DNA from: Opitutales bacterium
Lineage (GTDB): Bacteria; Verrucomicrobiota; Verrucomicrobiia; Opitutales; UBA2987
Assembly (NCBI GenBank): GCA_965226885.1
Contig: CBDDEL010000010.1
Location: 105,168 to 169,167 of the forward strand
DNA length: 64,000 nucleotides
Reading direction: 5' to 3'
Shown here: piece after piece, positions 63,711 through 64,000 of the stretch
Layout: each line of letters opens with the position of its first letter
Position numbering within the stretch: the first letter of the stretch is position 1
Translations under genes and position numbers: made by a program
Notes under the pieces: generated by a model
What the model was told of the DNA's origin: nothing
Databases searched by the model: none
Seen by the model: only the letters and a program-made list of their open reading frames with translations

Positions 63711-64000
63711 CCCGGATATTTCGTAAAAAAGTATCGTTGATATGCTTAACTGCTGATATACAGCAGAATAGATCAATAATTAAAGCAATATCAGCGATGA
63801 CAAAAGGTAAACAATTAAAGCTACAGTTGACAAGGGTAAAAGGCCGCCGTGTGCGGGTTGATTTCAAGGGCGGAGAGGTTACTTCGGATGCCGGACTGCT
63901 TTTGATCCGGGAAGTGGATCGGCAGTTGGGCTTGACCGAACGAGCGGCCCGACAGTTAGTGGACAAACGGCAGAAGGGCAAAGTACGCCATGAGGTATTG
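63711..64000 (+). mobile_element. IS1380 type 1, 5' part (runs off the window)
   Basis: IRL after CTAG at 63707-63710. Confidence 0.9.

Noticed and set aside
36665-64000. attR duplicate of the tRNA-Thr 3' end
   Set aside because: No copy of GACAGCCGGCTCCA noticed, so the island's right boundary is undefined.

Overview
A heavily IS-invaded bacterial chromosome segment. By my boundary calls about 31 of the 64 kb are insertion-sequence DNA from seven families: an IS5-like element, IS630, two IS1380 types, IS1, IS21, two IS3 types and an ISL3-derived MITE. Many copies are nested, truncated, or joined without target duplications. Intact host islands are dnaK-groES-groEL, exoD/nadD/rsfS/tyrosine phenol-lyase, tRNA-Thr(TGT), and a gpgS-glycosyltransferase-HAD cluster resembling the (mannosyl)glucosylglycerate pathway. 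Gene order and protein types suggest a PVC-superphylum host, probably Verrucomicrobiota and possibly host-associated (inference only). Best-supported unusual observations: (1) a 5.57 kb IS1380-ended transposition unit carrying a TonB-dependent receptor, flanked by a 5-bp duplication whose empty site is also in the window (ISEcp1-like one-ended capture); (2) a chromosomal integron with an IS21-split intI, a putative attI and a truncated lipoprotein first cassette; (3) a tRNA-Thr-adjacent satellite-like island encoding a D5/SF3 helicase, a HUH Rep and a serine recombinase; (4) a 16-bp palindrome, TCTTTAATATTAAAGA, present six times, five of them in that island; (5) a SufR-like regulator plus divergent sigma-70 factor tightly bounded by 23-bp direct repeats. 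All calls are by eye, with no database searches. Some frameshifts may be assembly errors.
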